Source: a bacterium (GTDB taxonomy: Bacteria > JAAXHH01). Taken from it: a stretch of DNA of 64,000 nt. Both the position numbers and the translations under genes were made by a program. Below the pieces are notes generated by a model. The model was given only the letters and a program-made list of their open reading frames with translations, had not been told where the DNA came from and did not search any database. Location of the stretch: contig OZ253560.1 in NCBI GenBank assembly GCA_965262815.1, forward strand, positions 1,397,514 through 1,461,513. Reading direction: 5' to 3'. Shown in pieces: positions 19,302 to 28,730 of the stretch; positions within the stretch are counted from its first letter, which is position 1, and each line of letters begins with the position of its first letter.

Positions 19302-20777
19302 CTACTTTCTTCCCTGAAATACTGTATCCCGCCGCCCCGCCCAACTCACCACCACCCCCACGATCACGTTGAGCGCCAGTCCCAGCACCCCGGCGTGCCA
19401 GCCCCAAAGCTTACCAAAACCCGCAAGGGTCAAACCGGCCGCCAGCAGCGTGCCCGCGGCCATGCCCGCCGTTGCGCCACGGGCGTTGAATCGCGGCCAG
19501 AGTACCCCCAGCACAAACAGGGGCGCCGTCTGGATCAGGACCTCCATCTTGAGTTCGATCAGCCCCCACAGGGTGAGATCGGGCGTCAACGCGATGACGA
19601 CCAAGATGGCCATGATGGCCCAGGAAAGGCGCTTCCCCCAGGCGGTAAGCCGATCTTCCGGCAGCGACCCCATACGGAAACCGCCTAGTACGTCCTTGAC
19701 AAGCAGGGAAGAGAGGCTGAGCAGTACGGAATCGGCCGTCGACATGATCGCCGCGACGATGCCGGTGAGGACGAAGACGGTCATCACGTACAGCCAGATG
19801 GATTCCGCTGCCCAGACCTTCAGCAGTCGGGGCATGACCTGGTCGGTATCGACGCCCTCAAGGCCCGATAGCTGCGGGATGGCGAGGATCCCCACCAGTA
19901 CCACCGCCGAGATGGTCACCAGCGGCATGAAGGCCATGAAGGTCAACGACCGTTTCAGGCTGCGGGTGCTCCGCGCGGCGAAGATCCGCTGGATGGCCTG
20001 GGGGTAAACCGCCGCCGCAAAACCCACGAGCAGCAGGGTGCTGATCCACGTCCGGATCGTGTCCCCTTCCGGAATAGCCGCTTTCGACGGCTGATGGGCG
20101 ATGATCCACGCCGTGGCCTCCCCGAGACGGTCTCCCCCCGAAACCACGGCAGCCAGCATGCCGAGCAGGCCCACGAAGAGCAATAGTCCCTGGATGCAGT
20201 CGGTCCAGGCCACGGCCTGCATCCCGCCGAGGGTCTCGTAGAACAGGATGATGATGCCCAGGACCACCACGCCTGCCCAGAAAGGAATGGCTCCGCCGGA
20301 CAAACCGGAGACGATATGTCCCACTGCGAGGAGTTGCGCGAGCAGGTAGTTGGCAATGGCGACCACGAACAATACGCCGGCGAAAAGGGTCAGGCCAGAC
20401 CCTCCCGAAGACCCGAAGCGATGGGCGATCCAGTCGCCCGGCGTCACGAAGTGCCACTGACGGGACACGCGATACAGCGCCGGTGCGAAGAGCAGGTAGG
20501 CCACCACGATGGCCATCATGAATCCGATGCTCATGATCCAGGCGAAACCCAACCGGTAGGCCTCGCCGGGATAGCCGATGAGCGTGTTGCCACTGTACTG
20601 CGTGGCGTAGAGGGTGAAGAAGAGGACCAGCGCGCCCAGGTTCTTGCCCGCCAGGTAGAAGGAGGACATCGAATTGTCTCGCCGGCGGGCCCGGGCTACG
20701 TATCCGAGTACGATCATGAAGGCGAGATACGCGACCAGAAACACGAGGGCGCCCGGTCCATAGGGCTGATCGGCCAT
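19302..20777 (-). CDS. Sodium:solute symporter (PanF-like)
   Basis: FYLAGK, ATQYSG, GGMQAVAWTD, AAIMSTADS; many TM helices. Confidence 0.92.
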   Translation of the reverse strand: MADQPYGPGALVFLVAYLAFMIVLGYVARARRRDNSMSSFYLAGKNLGALVLFFTLYATQYSGNTLIGYPGEAYRLGFAWIMSIGFMMAIVVAYLLFAPALYRVSRQWHFVTPGDWIAHRFGSSGGSGLTLFAGVLFVVAIANYLLAQLLAVGHIVSGLSGGAIPFWAGVVVLGIIILFYETLGGMQAVAWTDCIQGLLLFVGLLGMLAAVVSGGDRLGEATAWIIAHQPSKAAIPEGDTIRTWISTLLLVGFAAAVYPQAIQRIFAARSTRSLKRSLTFMAFMPLVTISAVVLVGILAIPQLSGLEGVDTDQVMPRLLKVWAAESIWLYVMTVFVLTGIVAAIMSTADSVLLSLSSLLVKDVLGGFRMGSLPEDRLTAWGKRLSWAIMAILVVIALTPDLTLWGLIELKMEVLIQTAPLFVLGVLWPRFNARGATAGMAAGTLLAAGLTLAGFGKLWGWHAGVLGLALNVIVGVVVSWAGRRDTVFQGRK

Positions 20778-20780
20778 GGG

Positions 20781-20999
20781 CTATCCTTCCTCCCGCCAAA
20801 ACCTTTGAATTACGAATGCGGTGAAGCACGCGATAGCCAGGCAGACACCCAGGCAGATCACGACCCAGAACGGCACGCCGAACCAGACCGGAACCGGGTC
20901 GAACTCCGGGATGTACCAGGGTATGGAGAAAGCGAACAGGACCAGGTAGACGGCCCATATCCAGCGGGGAAACCGGTGGTCGGGACTGGGACGATTCAT
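20781..20999 (-). CDS. Small two-TM partner of the SSS symporter (DUF997/DUF3311-like)
   Basis: PWY..WFGVPFW; lies directly upstream of the SSS gene. Confidence 0.75.
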   Translation of the reverse strand: MNRPSPDHRFPRWIWAVYLVLFAFSIPWYIPEFDPVPVWFGVPFWVVICLGVCLAIACFTAFVIQRFWREEG

Positions 21000-21013
21000 G
21001 ATGGAACCGGTTC

Positions 21014-21856
21014 CTATACGCGGACGTATTTATGCACGAGGTTCTCCACGCCCACCTCGCCCACGTAGATGTCGCCGTGGCGGTCGACCCAGACGCTGTG
21101 GGCGCCATGGGGACGATCGATTGGACCACCCCTGACGACCCACTGGGCGATGAGTCTACCGTCCATGTTCAGGATGGTGATCCCGCCGCCCTCGCCCAGG
21201 AAGACCGTATCCTCGTCATCGACGAACAGGCCGCAGGGCGCGGGACGCCCGGGCCATTCCGCGAGGAAGCTCCCCTCGGAATCGAATACCTGTATCCGGT
21301 TGTTTGTCTCCCGGTCGGCCACGAGCAGGCGGCCGTCGGACGCGGGAAAGATATTGTGGGGGAGTGTAAACTGGCCGGGCGCGCCACCCCTTCCGCCCCA
21401 GGTGTGAACCAGGTCTCCCGAAGGCGTCATCCGGTGCACGTAACACTGTCCGTAACCATCGGAGACGTAGAGGTCCCCGGAGGACCCCTTGACGACGCGT
21501 GTCGGCATGTTGAAAGGTTTGCCCGGTTCTCCTGTCTGGTTCGGCTCACCCAGCGTCTGCAGCAGCGTGCCGTCGGTAGTAAACACCCGGACGGTATGGT
21601 CTCTACAGTCCGGAATAAAGATCCTGTCCTCCCCGTCGATCCATATCTCGTGGGGTAGTGCCAGTATGTCGTGACCCCATTCGTTCAACAGGTGGCCGTC
21701 CCGGTCGTAGACCACCACGGCGGGATTCGGCTCCCGGTCGACGACGTAGACCCGGTCCCGTGAATCCACGGCCACGGCCGTGGCGATGCCCAGCGTCCGC
21801 TCGGACCCCCATCCGGGCACCTTCTCGTAACAATAATCTCCCGATCCCCAGATCAT
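21014..21856 (-). CDS. NHL-repeat protein (peptidyl-hydroxyglycine lyase-like)
   Basis: VAVDSRDRVYV, YVSDGYG, GQFTLPH, ADRETNNRIQVFD. Confidence 0.85.
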   Translation of the reverse strand: MIWGSGDYCYEKVPGWGSERTLGIATAVAVDSRDRVYVVDREPNPAVVVYDRDGHLLNEWGHDILALPHEIWIDGEDRIFIPDCRDHTVRVFTTDGTLLQTLGEPNQTGEPGKPFNMPTRVVKGSSGDLYVSDGYGQCYVHRMTPSGDLVHTWGGRGGAPGQFTLPHNIFPASDGRLLVADRETNNRIQVFDSEGSFLAEWPGRPAPCGLFVDDEDTVFLGEGGGITILNMDGRLIAQWVVRGGPIDRPHGAHSVWVDRHGDIYVGEVGVENLVHKYVRV

Positions 21857-22109
21857 AGTCATGTCCTCCACGTAAATGTAATCGAACTTCTAACCGGTGT
21901 CCGGTCAGTAGTAAGGGTTATCGCAACGAATCCGATGGGTACAAATGTTTTGTTCCCCCTGACCATGGTGTATATACTTTGTCGATACGGCAGAAAGTAG
22001 CCTACGCCTGGAAACCCTGAACAATATTTCTACGCCGCTTCCGTGCGTCCGAAACCTTTACCGAAGATCTTTACTTCAGGCCATACATCGGAATGACAGG
22101 AGCCATCTC

Positions 22110-22892
22110 ATGGGTGTACTCGACAGCTTTACATTGAATGGACGCACCGCCGTGGTCACGGGCGGCGCCGGACCGCAGTTCGGCAGCAGCATCTCCGAAG
22201 CCCTGGCCGAAGCGGGGGCGACCGTGGTCGTCGCTTCCAGGGACCTCGAAAACAACCGGCGGTTCGTAGCCGGACTGAACGACCGGGGTTTCGATACCCA
22301 CCCCGAAGAACTCGACATCACGAACACCGAATCGGTCGATATCCTGAAACAACGTGTGATGGACCGTTTCGGCCGCGTGGATATCCTGGTCAACAGCGCG
22401 GTGGTCGGCCGCGGCGGGGGATTCGACGAGCAGACCCCCGATTACTGGGCCGCGAGCGCCCAGGGAAACATGGTGGGGCTTTTCGCCCTGTGCAAGGCCT
22501 TTGTCCCGGAAATGGCCGACCAGGGCAGCGGCAACATTATCAACATTTCCAGTATATACGGTGTCGTCGCCAATGACCCGGGGCTGTATGAAGAAACCGG
22601 GATGAAGCAACCCCCGGATTACACCTTCGTGAAGGGCGGGATGATCAACTTCACCCGGTACCTCGCCACGTATTTCGGCAAACAGGGCGTACGGGCCAAC
22701 TGCATCTGTCCGGGCGGCTATTTCAACGAGCAGGCCAGCCCTTTCCTCCGGCGGTACGAACACCGCGTTCCCCTTGGACGGATGCTGGACAACGAGGATC
22801 TCAAAGGCGCCGTCGTCTTCCTAGCCTCCGACGCGTCCAGGTACGTCACCGGGGCCACACTGATGGTGGACGGCGGATGGACTGCCCTCTAG
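22110..22892 (+). CDS. Short-chain dehydrogenase/reductase
   Basis: TGGAGPQFG, NISS, YTFVK (YxxxK), VDGG. Confidence 0.92.
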   Translation: MGVLDSFTLNGRTAVVTGGAGPQFGSSISEALAEAGATVVVASRDLENNRRFVAGLNDRGFDTHPEELDITNTESVDILKQRVMDRFGRVDILVNSAVVGRGGGFDEQTPDYWAASAQGNMVGLFALCKAFVPEMADQGSGNIINISSIYGVVANDPGLYEETGMKQPPDYTFVKGGMINFTRYLATYFGKQGVRANCICPGGYFNEQASPFLRRYEHRVPLGRMLDNEDLKGAVVFLASDASRYVTGATLMVDGGWTAL

Positions 22893-22960
22893 CTTGACAC
22901 GGCCCGTGCCTGCTTCATGACGGTTTACGGTTTCGGTACGGTTAACTCATCCAGACCCGC

Positions 22961-23665
22961 TCAGGTCTCCGGCTCGACGATCGATTTGTCCCGAGGATGA
23001 TAGCCGATCGCCTTGCGCCCGTGGTCCAGGTCGTATAGCGCCCATGTGCTGTCCGACACGCCGAACACAACCTCGAATCGGATTCCGGGATGTATAACCG
23101 CCCTTTCGAAAACCAGTACGGCATCTCCATGGCTGAGATGATGGGGATGCCCAGGCAGGTCCCTTTGACGCTGGAAATTCCCTATGCGCACGCACACGAC
23201 TTCCATGTCGGACCGTGTCGCGTACATGTAGCCCAGGCTTTCTCCGAAGACCTTGCTGGTCGAATAATAACTCTCCGGCCGCGGCGTCATGTCCACCGTG
23301 CGGAATACGTCCTGCGGATACGGCGCCAGCAGTCCCGCCCGGCTGGCGAAGGCGACGCGCCGCACGCCATTGCGGCTTGCCGCTTCGAAGAGGGTGTATG
23401 TCCCGATGAAATTGGCGTGCAGGATTTCCTCCCAGGACGCGCCGCCGGCGGGGTTGCCGGCCAGGTGGATCACCGCGTCCATGCCTTCCGTCGCCTGGAG
23501 CACCGCGTCCATGTCTGTGATATCTCCGACGACTTCGTCTTCCATCCCCGGGGTAGATACCCGGTCGAAACAGCGGAGGGGATAGCGGTCTTTAAGTCCT
23601 TTTACGATGGTTGTCCCGATGACGCCGGCCGATCCCGTGACGAGTATACGAGGTGTTTCGTTCAT
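22961..23665 (-). CDS. NAD-dependent epimerase/dehydratase (uronate dehydrogenase-like)
   Basis: TGSAGVIG, IHLAG, YSTSK, VRIG. Confidence 0.85.
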   Translation of the reverse strand: MNETPRILVTGSAGVIGTTIVKGLKDRYPLRCFDRVSTPGMEDEVVGDITDMDAVLQATEGMDAVIHLAGNPAGGASWEEILHANFIGTYTLFEAASRNGVRRVAFASRAGLLAPYPQDVFRTVDMTPRPESYYSTSKVFGESLGYMYATRSDMEVVCVRIGNFQRQRDLPGHPHHLSHGDAVLVFERAVIHPGIRFEVVFGVSDSTWALYDLDHGRKAIGYHPRDKSIVEPET

Positions 23666-24888
23666 TCCGACTCCTTGCGCTTGAATGGTCCAGTCCGTTC
23701 AATCCAGTCGTAGGTTTCCTGCCAGGGCGTGCTGCCGTCCTCTTCCCAAATCTCCAGCCGTATGCCGCGGATGTTGCCTTCGCGGAATCCCGTGAGTCTG
23801 CTGACCGAAGGATAGCCGATGGTATAGTAGATGTTGCCCCCGGGAAGATAGGTCTTACCGATGTACCGGGGCAAGACGGTCTTCGGATTCCCGGCGATGC
23901 GCACCAGTTCCTCTTCGTCGACCTCGACACCGAGACCGGGCCCTTCGGGCACCGGCGAACTGCCATCCGCCACCTCTATCCGGCCCCCGGTGACGTCCTC
24001 GCCGTACTGGTCGTCCAGGTTGACGGTATGCGAAACATTTGGAATCACCGCGCCAAGGTGCAGCGCCATCGCCTTGCAGAGCGTTCCACCGGTCAACTGG
24101 ATGACGGTCGACACGTTCACTTCCGCACAGGCGAATCCTCTCTTAAGGCTCATACCGATGCCGTGCTCGCCGAGCATGTAGAGGTCGGCGCATCCCAGCA
24201 CGATCTCCGGTCCGCCCCCGAGTTGCGGCACGTGCATCAGCAAGGGAATCGACGTCTTTTCGCGCAGGCGGCGCCATCCGTCCACGTCGCGCCAGATCAG
24301 CGGGTCTTCGATTACGCCGACGACGGGGGATTTCTCCAGGTGTTCGATGATGCGGGATACGTCTGCATAAGAACGGTTGTGATTAAAATCGTAGTGCATT
24401 TTGAATCCGGAAGGGGCGACCTCTTCCACGGCGCTGTTATGTTCGTAAACATCGAAGTACTCACCGGTGTGCATCTTGAAGATCATGTATCCCTCGTCCA
24501 CCGCGCGTTGCACTTCGGCGGCCAGGTTTTCGGGGGACGTAGTACGCGTCCAAGCCGCCACGGGTACCCGGTCACGCACCTTCTGTCCCATGAGCTTGTA
24601 GGCTGGTATTTCGAGATGTTTGCCCATGAGATCGTAAAGGGCGCCCATGAGACCCACCGGAAGATCGGATCCGATATAGTCGAAGGGATTGCTGTCCGTC
24701 AACCGATCCACGTCCCTGATATCCATCGTGACGTGACCCCGGCTTTCGCCGTAACCGACCACGCCGTTGTCCGCGGTCACCTTGAAGACAGTCTGCGTAT
24801 CGATATCCCGGAACAGGACCTTCCTATCCACGTTCCGATCGGCCAGCATGGGATTGATATGCGTAATTGCTACATCGGTTATTTTCAT
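23662..24888 (-). CDS. Divergent mandelate racemase/enolase family protein
   Basis: ALYDLMGKHLEIPAYKLMG, IEDP, PGLGVEVDE. Confidence 0.88.
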   Translation of the reverse strand: MKITDVAITHINPMLADRNVDRKVLFRDIDTQTVFKVTADNGVVGYGESRGHVTMDIRDVDRLTDSNPFDYIGSDLPVGLMGALYDLMGKHLEIPAYKLMGQKVRDRVPVAAWTRTTSPENLAAEVQRAVDEGYMIFKMHTGEYFDVYEHNSAVEEVAPSGFKMHYDFNHNRSYADVSRIIEHLEKSPVVGVIEDPLIWRDVDGWRRLREKTSIPLLMHVPQLGGGPEIVLGCADLYMLGEHGIGMSLKRGFACAEVNVSTVIQLTGGTLCKAMALHLGAVIPNVSHTVNLDDQYGEDVTGGRIEVADGSSPVPEGPGLGVEVDEEELVRIAGNPKTVLPRYIGKTYLPGGNIYYTIGYPSVSRLTGFREGNIRGIRLEIWEEDGSTPWQETYDWIERTGPFKRKESE

Positions 24889-24985
24889 GGCCAGTCTCGT
24901 TCCCTTGCGATGTTGGTTTAAGCGTGGTTTCTGAGGAAAACACTTAAAACGTAGAGATCACCTGCGTTTTGCCAGAGACGGAACC

Positions 24986-25870
24986 TCAGGGATTGGTCAA
25001 CGACTCCGGTGTCCCCTCCTGGTTCATCCCGTCCCGCACGGTGAGGGCGATGGGCCAGCATTGGCCACCCCGTTTCCTGTACTGATCCTCCACGCCGCAC
25101 AGCCAGGTAAACATGCGCGCCGCGGCGATACCGCCCTGGAACTGCTCAAACACACCCGCCGGGGGATTGAAGTCGATCCTGCTGAAATCGATGTCGTCCT
25201 GTCTCACCCAGTCCCGGGCTGGCGGTGCGGTACGCCAGTAGTTGTACTTGAGCAGATTGCGGTACCGGCTTTTCCCCCGCGGACCGGAGACGGCCTTCGA
25301 ACGCCGGTGCCATACTCCGTAGACGGTCAGGAAGATGGTTCCCGCCGGACTCGCTGTCGATACGGTCCCCTGGATTGAACCGAGGTGGGCCATCATGGGG
25401 GCCTTGTTACGCATGAAATGAGAGCCGGGCAGCAGGACCGTAGGCCCCATTTCCTCGTTGCACTCTTCCGGGTAATAGAACACCTGGAGATACTCCAGCG
25501 CGGAGGTGTAGATCGTACCGCCGTCCCGGTGCCAGCTTTGAGGATGGGTGTAGGGCAGAGGTCCGCGGTGGTTGCTGATGAGAAGCGGCAGGGTGAATCC
25601 GGAGCCCAGGAGCGACCTGACGGCGCCTGACGCCTGTGGATTCATGAGCACGCCGTCCACGAAGAAGGACTCCTTCATGATGGGGGTAGGTTCGTGGGTG
25701 CTGTCGACGCGTTCGAGGTAGTCGACGACCTTTTCGTTTATTTCGTCCGGGACGACACCGGGCAGCATCAGGTAGCCGTTTCTGCAGAAATCGATCACCT
25801 CGCGATCCGTGAGCGTCGGAACGCAGTCCATGTTTTTTCCGTAAGGCGCCTGCGTCATTGTCGTCTCCAT
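24986..25870 (-). CDS. PhyH family 2OG/Fe dioxygenase
   Basis: WHRDG, MGPTVLLPGSH, VWHRR. Confidence 0.85.
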   Translation of the reverse strand: METTMTQAPYGKNMDCVPTLTDREVIDFCRNGYLMLPGVVPDEINEKVVDYLERVDSTHEPTPIMKESFFVDGVLMNPQASGAVRSLLGSGFTLPLLISNHRGPLPYTHPQSWHRDGGTIYTSALEYLQVFYYPEECNEEMGPTVLLPGSHFMRNKAPMMAHLGSIQGTVSTASPAGTIFLTVYGVWHRRSKAVSGPRGKSRYRNLLKYNYWRTAPPARDWVRQDDIDFSRIDFNPPAGVFEQFQGGIAAARMFTWLCGVEDQYRKRGGQCWPIALTVRDGMNQEGTPESLTNP

Positions 25871-25873
25871 CTT

Positions 25874-26239
25874 CTATCTCCATCGTTCGAGGACGAATTC
25901 GTACCCCAGGCCGTACGTATCCTGTTCACTCATGGCCAGGGACATGTCGGGAAACTTGATGATGCGCCAGCCGTCGTCCAGCGCGTCCTTGATCGACCGG
26001 TATCGAAAAGCCCCAGTTTCGTCAAGACCGTCGGAATCCGCACCGTCTTCGTAAATACTGATGCCGACCACCGCCGAATGGGGATTGGTCGAATGCGCCT
26101 GCAGGTAGAGCAGGCTCTGGCGCGGTCCCGACGAGGCGCTCTCCGCCATCGCCAGGGCCGCGTCGATGTCATCTGCCGTAAGCGCGTTGTCCTTAAATTG
26201 ATTTCTGATATGCTTCAACTGCGCCGTCAGGTTATTCAT
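25874..26239 (-). CDS. Conserved hypothetical protein coupled to PhyH
   Basis: 121 aa from MNNLT; YRSIKDALDDGWRIIKFP..YEFVLE; ends 3 nt before the PhyH start. Confidence 0.7.
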   Translation of the reverse strand: MNNLTAQLKHIRNQFKDNALTADDIDAALAMAESASSGPRQSLLYLQAHSTNPHSAVVGISIYEDGADSDGLDETGAFRYRSIKDALDDGWRIIKFPDMSLAMSEQDTYGLGYEFVLERWR

Positions 26240-26343
26240 CGTTCTATCCTTAGACGAAACGCCGGAGTCCGATATAGGGTTGTGTGGAGAAATATGACCA
26301 AACATAAACGGACGGATGGTATGTGCAAAGAAGAAAACTGCAT

Positions 26344-27279
26344 TCAACGGCGACTCGCTTTCACCATGAGCAGAAATGAGCACTCGGCACAGATCAGCAT
26401 CGTGGCCAGCGTGAGGTGCAATACCTGGACAGGCCGTGGCAGTCCGCCGTAGGCGAGCGTTATACCCAGCAGGATCTGAAGTACGATACCGGCCAGGATG
26501 AACCGTGAGGTCAGCGCAAGCCGTCCTTCCCTGCCATGTCGCCTCGCGGACCGGTAAACCAGCACCCCGGCCAGGAGCACCAGCCACGATGACAACCGGT
26601 GTACGTGATCGACGAGTCCCACCTGGGCCAGCCATTCGCCACGGGGCAGTCCGCCGTCATCCTTGATGAAGGGGTCGATACCCTCACGGACCTGCGTGCC
26701 CAGCAACAACTGCAAGGTGGTTACCGCCAGTAGCGCGAAACCCAGCCTCAACAGGATGGTGCGCCCCTGGTCCGAGAGATCGACACGGACCCTCTTTTCC
26801 ATGGACTGAAAGGTAACAAAGAGCAGGAGGCACAGAAGCATCACCGCCAGGGCCATATGGAGGGTTATGATCCCGGGCTGCAGCCCCGATCTGACCACCT
26901 GCCCGCCCAGCCAGCCCTGGAAGCCTACCAGCAGGAAGCTCAGGCCAGCGCAGTAAAAAACAACCGGTTGTGATCTTCGGTAACGAAACGAACGCAGGAA
27001 GGTCAGGAACACCAGGACCCCTATTCCCACGCCGACGAGTCGATTGGCGTATTCGATCCACATCTTGGCCGGGTTGAAGGAAGCGGTGTCGTAGCCCTTC
27101 TCGTGGAGGTAGTCCAGGTCCAGGTCTTCGACGCTGGCTGGCGGCAGCCATGAACCCCAGCACCTGGGCCAATCGGGACAGCCCAGGCCCGCGCCCGTGA
27201 TCCGTACGAGGCTGCCGACGGATATGAGCAGTACCGTGGCTACCAGTGTCGCCAGGGCCGTTTTCTGAAAGGTGTTCAT
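26344..27279 (-). CDS. ctaA: Heme A synthase (COX15/CtaA)
   Basis: GLGCPDWPRC, EYANR, QGWLGG, conserved His in TM helices. Confidence 0.9.
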   Translation of the reverse strand: MNTFQKTALATLVATVLLISVGSLVRITGAGLGCPDWPRCWGSWLPPASVEDLDLDYLHEKGYDTASFNPAKMWIEYANRLVGVGIGVLVFLTFLRSFRYRRSQPVVFYCAGLSFLLVGFQGWLGGQVVRSGLQPGIITLHMALAVMLLCLLLFVTFQSMEKRVRVDLSDQGRTILLRLGFALLAVTTLQLLLGTQVREGIDPFIKDDGGLPRGEWLAQVGLVDHVHRLSSWLVLLAGVLVYRSARRHGREGRLALTSRFILAGIVLQILLGITLAYGGLPRPVQVLHLTLATMLICAECSFLLMVKASRR

Positions 27280-27362
27280 GATAGGCCATCATAGACCGTC
27301 ACACCCAATTCGGCAAGGGATATCGAAGGGGTTGTGTTGGGAACTATTGGTCGGTTTTCTGG

Positions 27363-27391
27363 TTGCCATTTCGGCCCGTTCGATGTATTTT
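27363..27391 (+). promoter_or_regulatory. Putative sigma70 promoter of tRNA-Trp
   Basis: TTGCCA-17 nt-TATTTT upstream of the tRNA. Confidence 0.4.
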
Positions 27392-27418
27392 GACCTGAGC
27401 GGTTCAAAGCGGTTTTAT

Positions 27419-27491
<73 letters not shown>

Positions 27492-27554
27492 TTTCACGAG
27501 TATACATCAAGCGCCGGCGAGGGGTTGTACCGGACCAGACGGATCAGTAGGGCC

Positions 27555-27920
27555 ATGTCATTCTACGAAGTGGAAACCTGGGTACCCAGGCCCGGCCGGA
27601 AAGTGGATCATGATGAAATGATCCGGACCTGGTTCGCCTTCGTCGAAACCCACAAGGAAGCCCTGTTTCCCGAGTGGCTCTCCGCACGCTATTTCCGCGA
27701 AGTTGAGCGGAATACCGGGCTGCACACAGGCCGGTACGTGATGGTATTCGAATACGTTTCCCACGAAGGATTCCTTGCGTACAAAGCGCGGCGGAAAGAC
27801 TGGTCGGGACCCTACGCCGAATACAAGAAGGTGGATCCCTACCAGTTCTTCGACCTGAGCACCGTCACCGAAACCTGCTGGATTCCAGAAGAACAGGACC
27901 GGTGGCTGGACTTCACGTGA
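27555..27920 (+). CDS. Hypothetical protein, possibly dimeric alpha-beta barrel (NIPSNAP-like)
   Basis: Clean 121-aa ORF; ETWVPRPG..GRYVMVFEY pattern. Confidence 0.55.
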   Translation: MSFYEVETWVPRPGRKVDHDEMIRTWFAFVETHKEALFPEWLSARYFREVERNTGLHTGRYVMVFEYVSHEGFLAYKARRKDWSGPYAEYKKVDPYQFFDLSTVTETCWIPEEQDRWLDFT

Positions 27921-27936
27921 TGAGATCGGACGCATC

Positions 27937-28701
27937 GTGAACAACCAGTACATACTGACTCCGTACTTCCTTGACCGTCATGACCCGGCGCTGATGGATC
28001 TCGCGCGGGAAGACTGGGTCGTCAACACGCCTTCTCTGCAGGGCGACGGCGAAATGGCCCGCACGCTCTGCGTGCACCGTCCCCTTGCAGATCTGGTCGC
28101 CGAAGCGGTGGCGAAGGGCATGCGCCCGGTCAGCGTGGCCGGCGACTGCTGCGCGACCATTCCGGTGATGGCTGGACTCAACCGCGCGGGCATCCATCCA
28201 GTCTTCCTCTGGCTGGATGCCCACGGCGATTTCAACACCTGGGAAACCTCGCCGAGCGGGTTTCTGGGCGGCATGCCGCTGGCCATGATGGTCGGCCTCG
28301 GCGAACAGACCTTCATCGAGAACGTAGGCATGAATGCGCTGCCCGAAGCGGACGTCATCCTTTCAGATGGCCGGGACCTGGATCCCGGGGAACGTAAACT
28401 GGTCGATGCTTCACGGCTGAGACATTTTCCCGACGTGCTCGAACTCCTGAACTGCGACCTGTCGAACCGGCCGGTCTATATCCATTTCGACACCGATATT
28501 ATCGATCCTTCAGAGGCGCCCGCCATGGGCTATCTCGCACCCGGAGGTCCCCCTTCCGCCGACCTCGAACGCGTATTCCGGCACCTCTCGGAGCACTGCG
28601 ATATTGCCGCGCTGTCCATATCCACCTGGCGCACCAGCATGGATGAAGACGGCCGAAGCGAAGCGATCTGCATGCGGCTTTTCGACCTGCTGACTGGTTG
28701 A
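27937..28701 (+). CDS. Arginase/ureohydrolase family protein
   Basis: WLDAHGDFN, SGFLGGMPL, HFDTDIIDP. Confidence 0.88.
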   Translation: MNNQYILTPYFLDRHDPALMDLAREDWVVNTPSLQGDGEMARTLCVHRPLADLVAEAVAKGMRPVSVAGDCCATIPVMAGLNRAGIHPVFLWLDAHGDFNTWETSPSGFLGGMPLAMMVGLGEQTFIENVGMNALPEADVILSDGRDLDPGERKLVDASRLRHFPDVLELLNCDLSNRPVYIHFDTDIIDPSEAPAMGYLAPGGPPSADLERVFRHLSEHCDIAALSISTWRTSMDEDGRSEAICMRLFDLLTG

Positions 28702-28730
28702 CCTCCGCCCGGCACCACGGAGCGAGCACC

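Noticed and set aside
23653-24921. Long antisense ORFs (also 9444-10469, 34250-35278, 37655-38896, 44388-45338)
   Set aside because: Shadow frames of well-supported genes in GC-rich DNA, with no motifs
26240-26635. Extended N-terminus of the 253-aa ORF
   Set aside because: Overlaps ctaA in another frame; the plausible start is 26239
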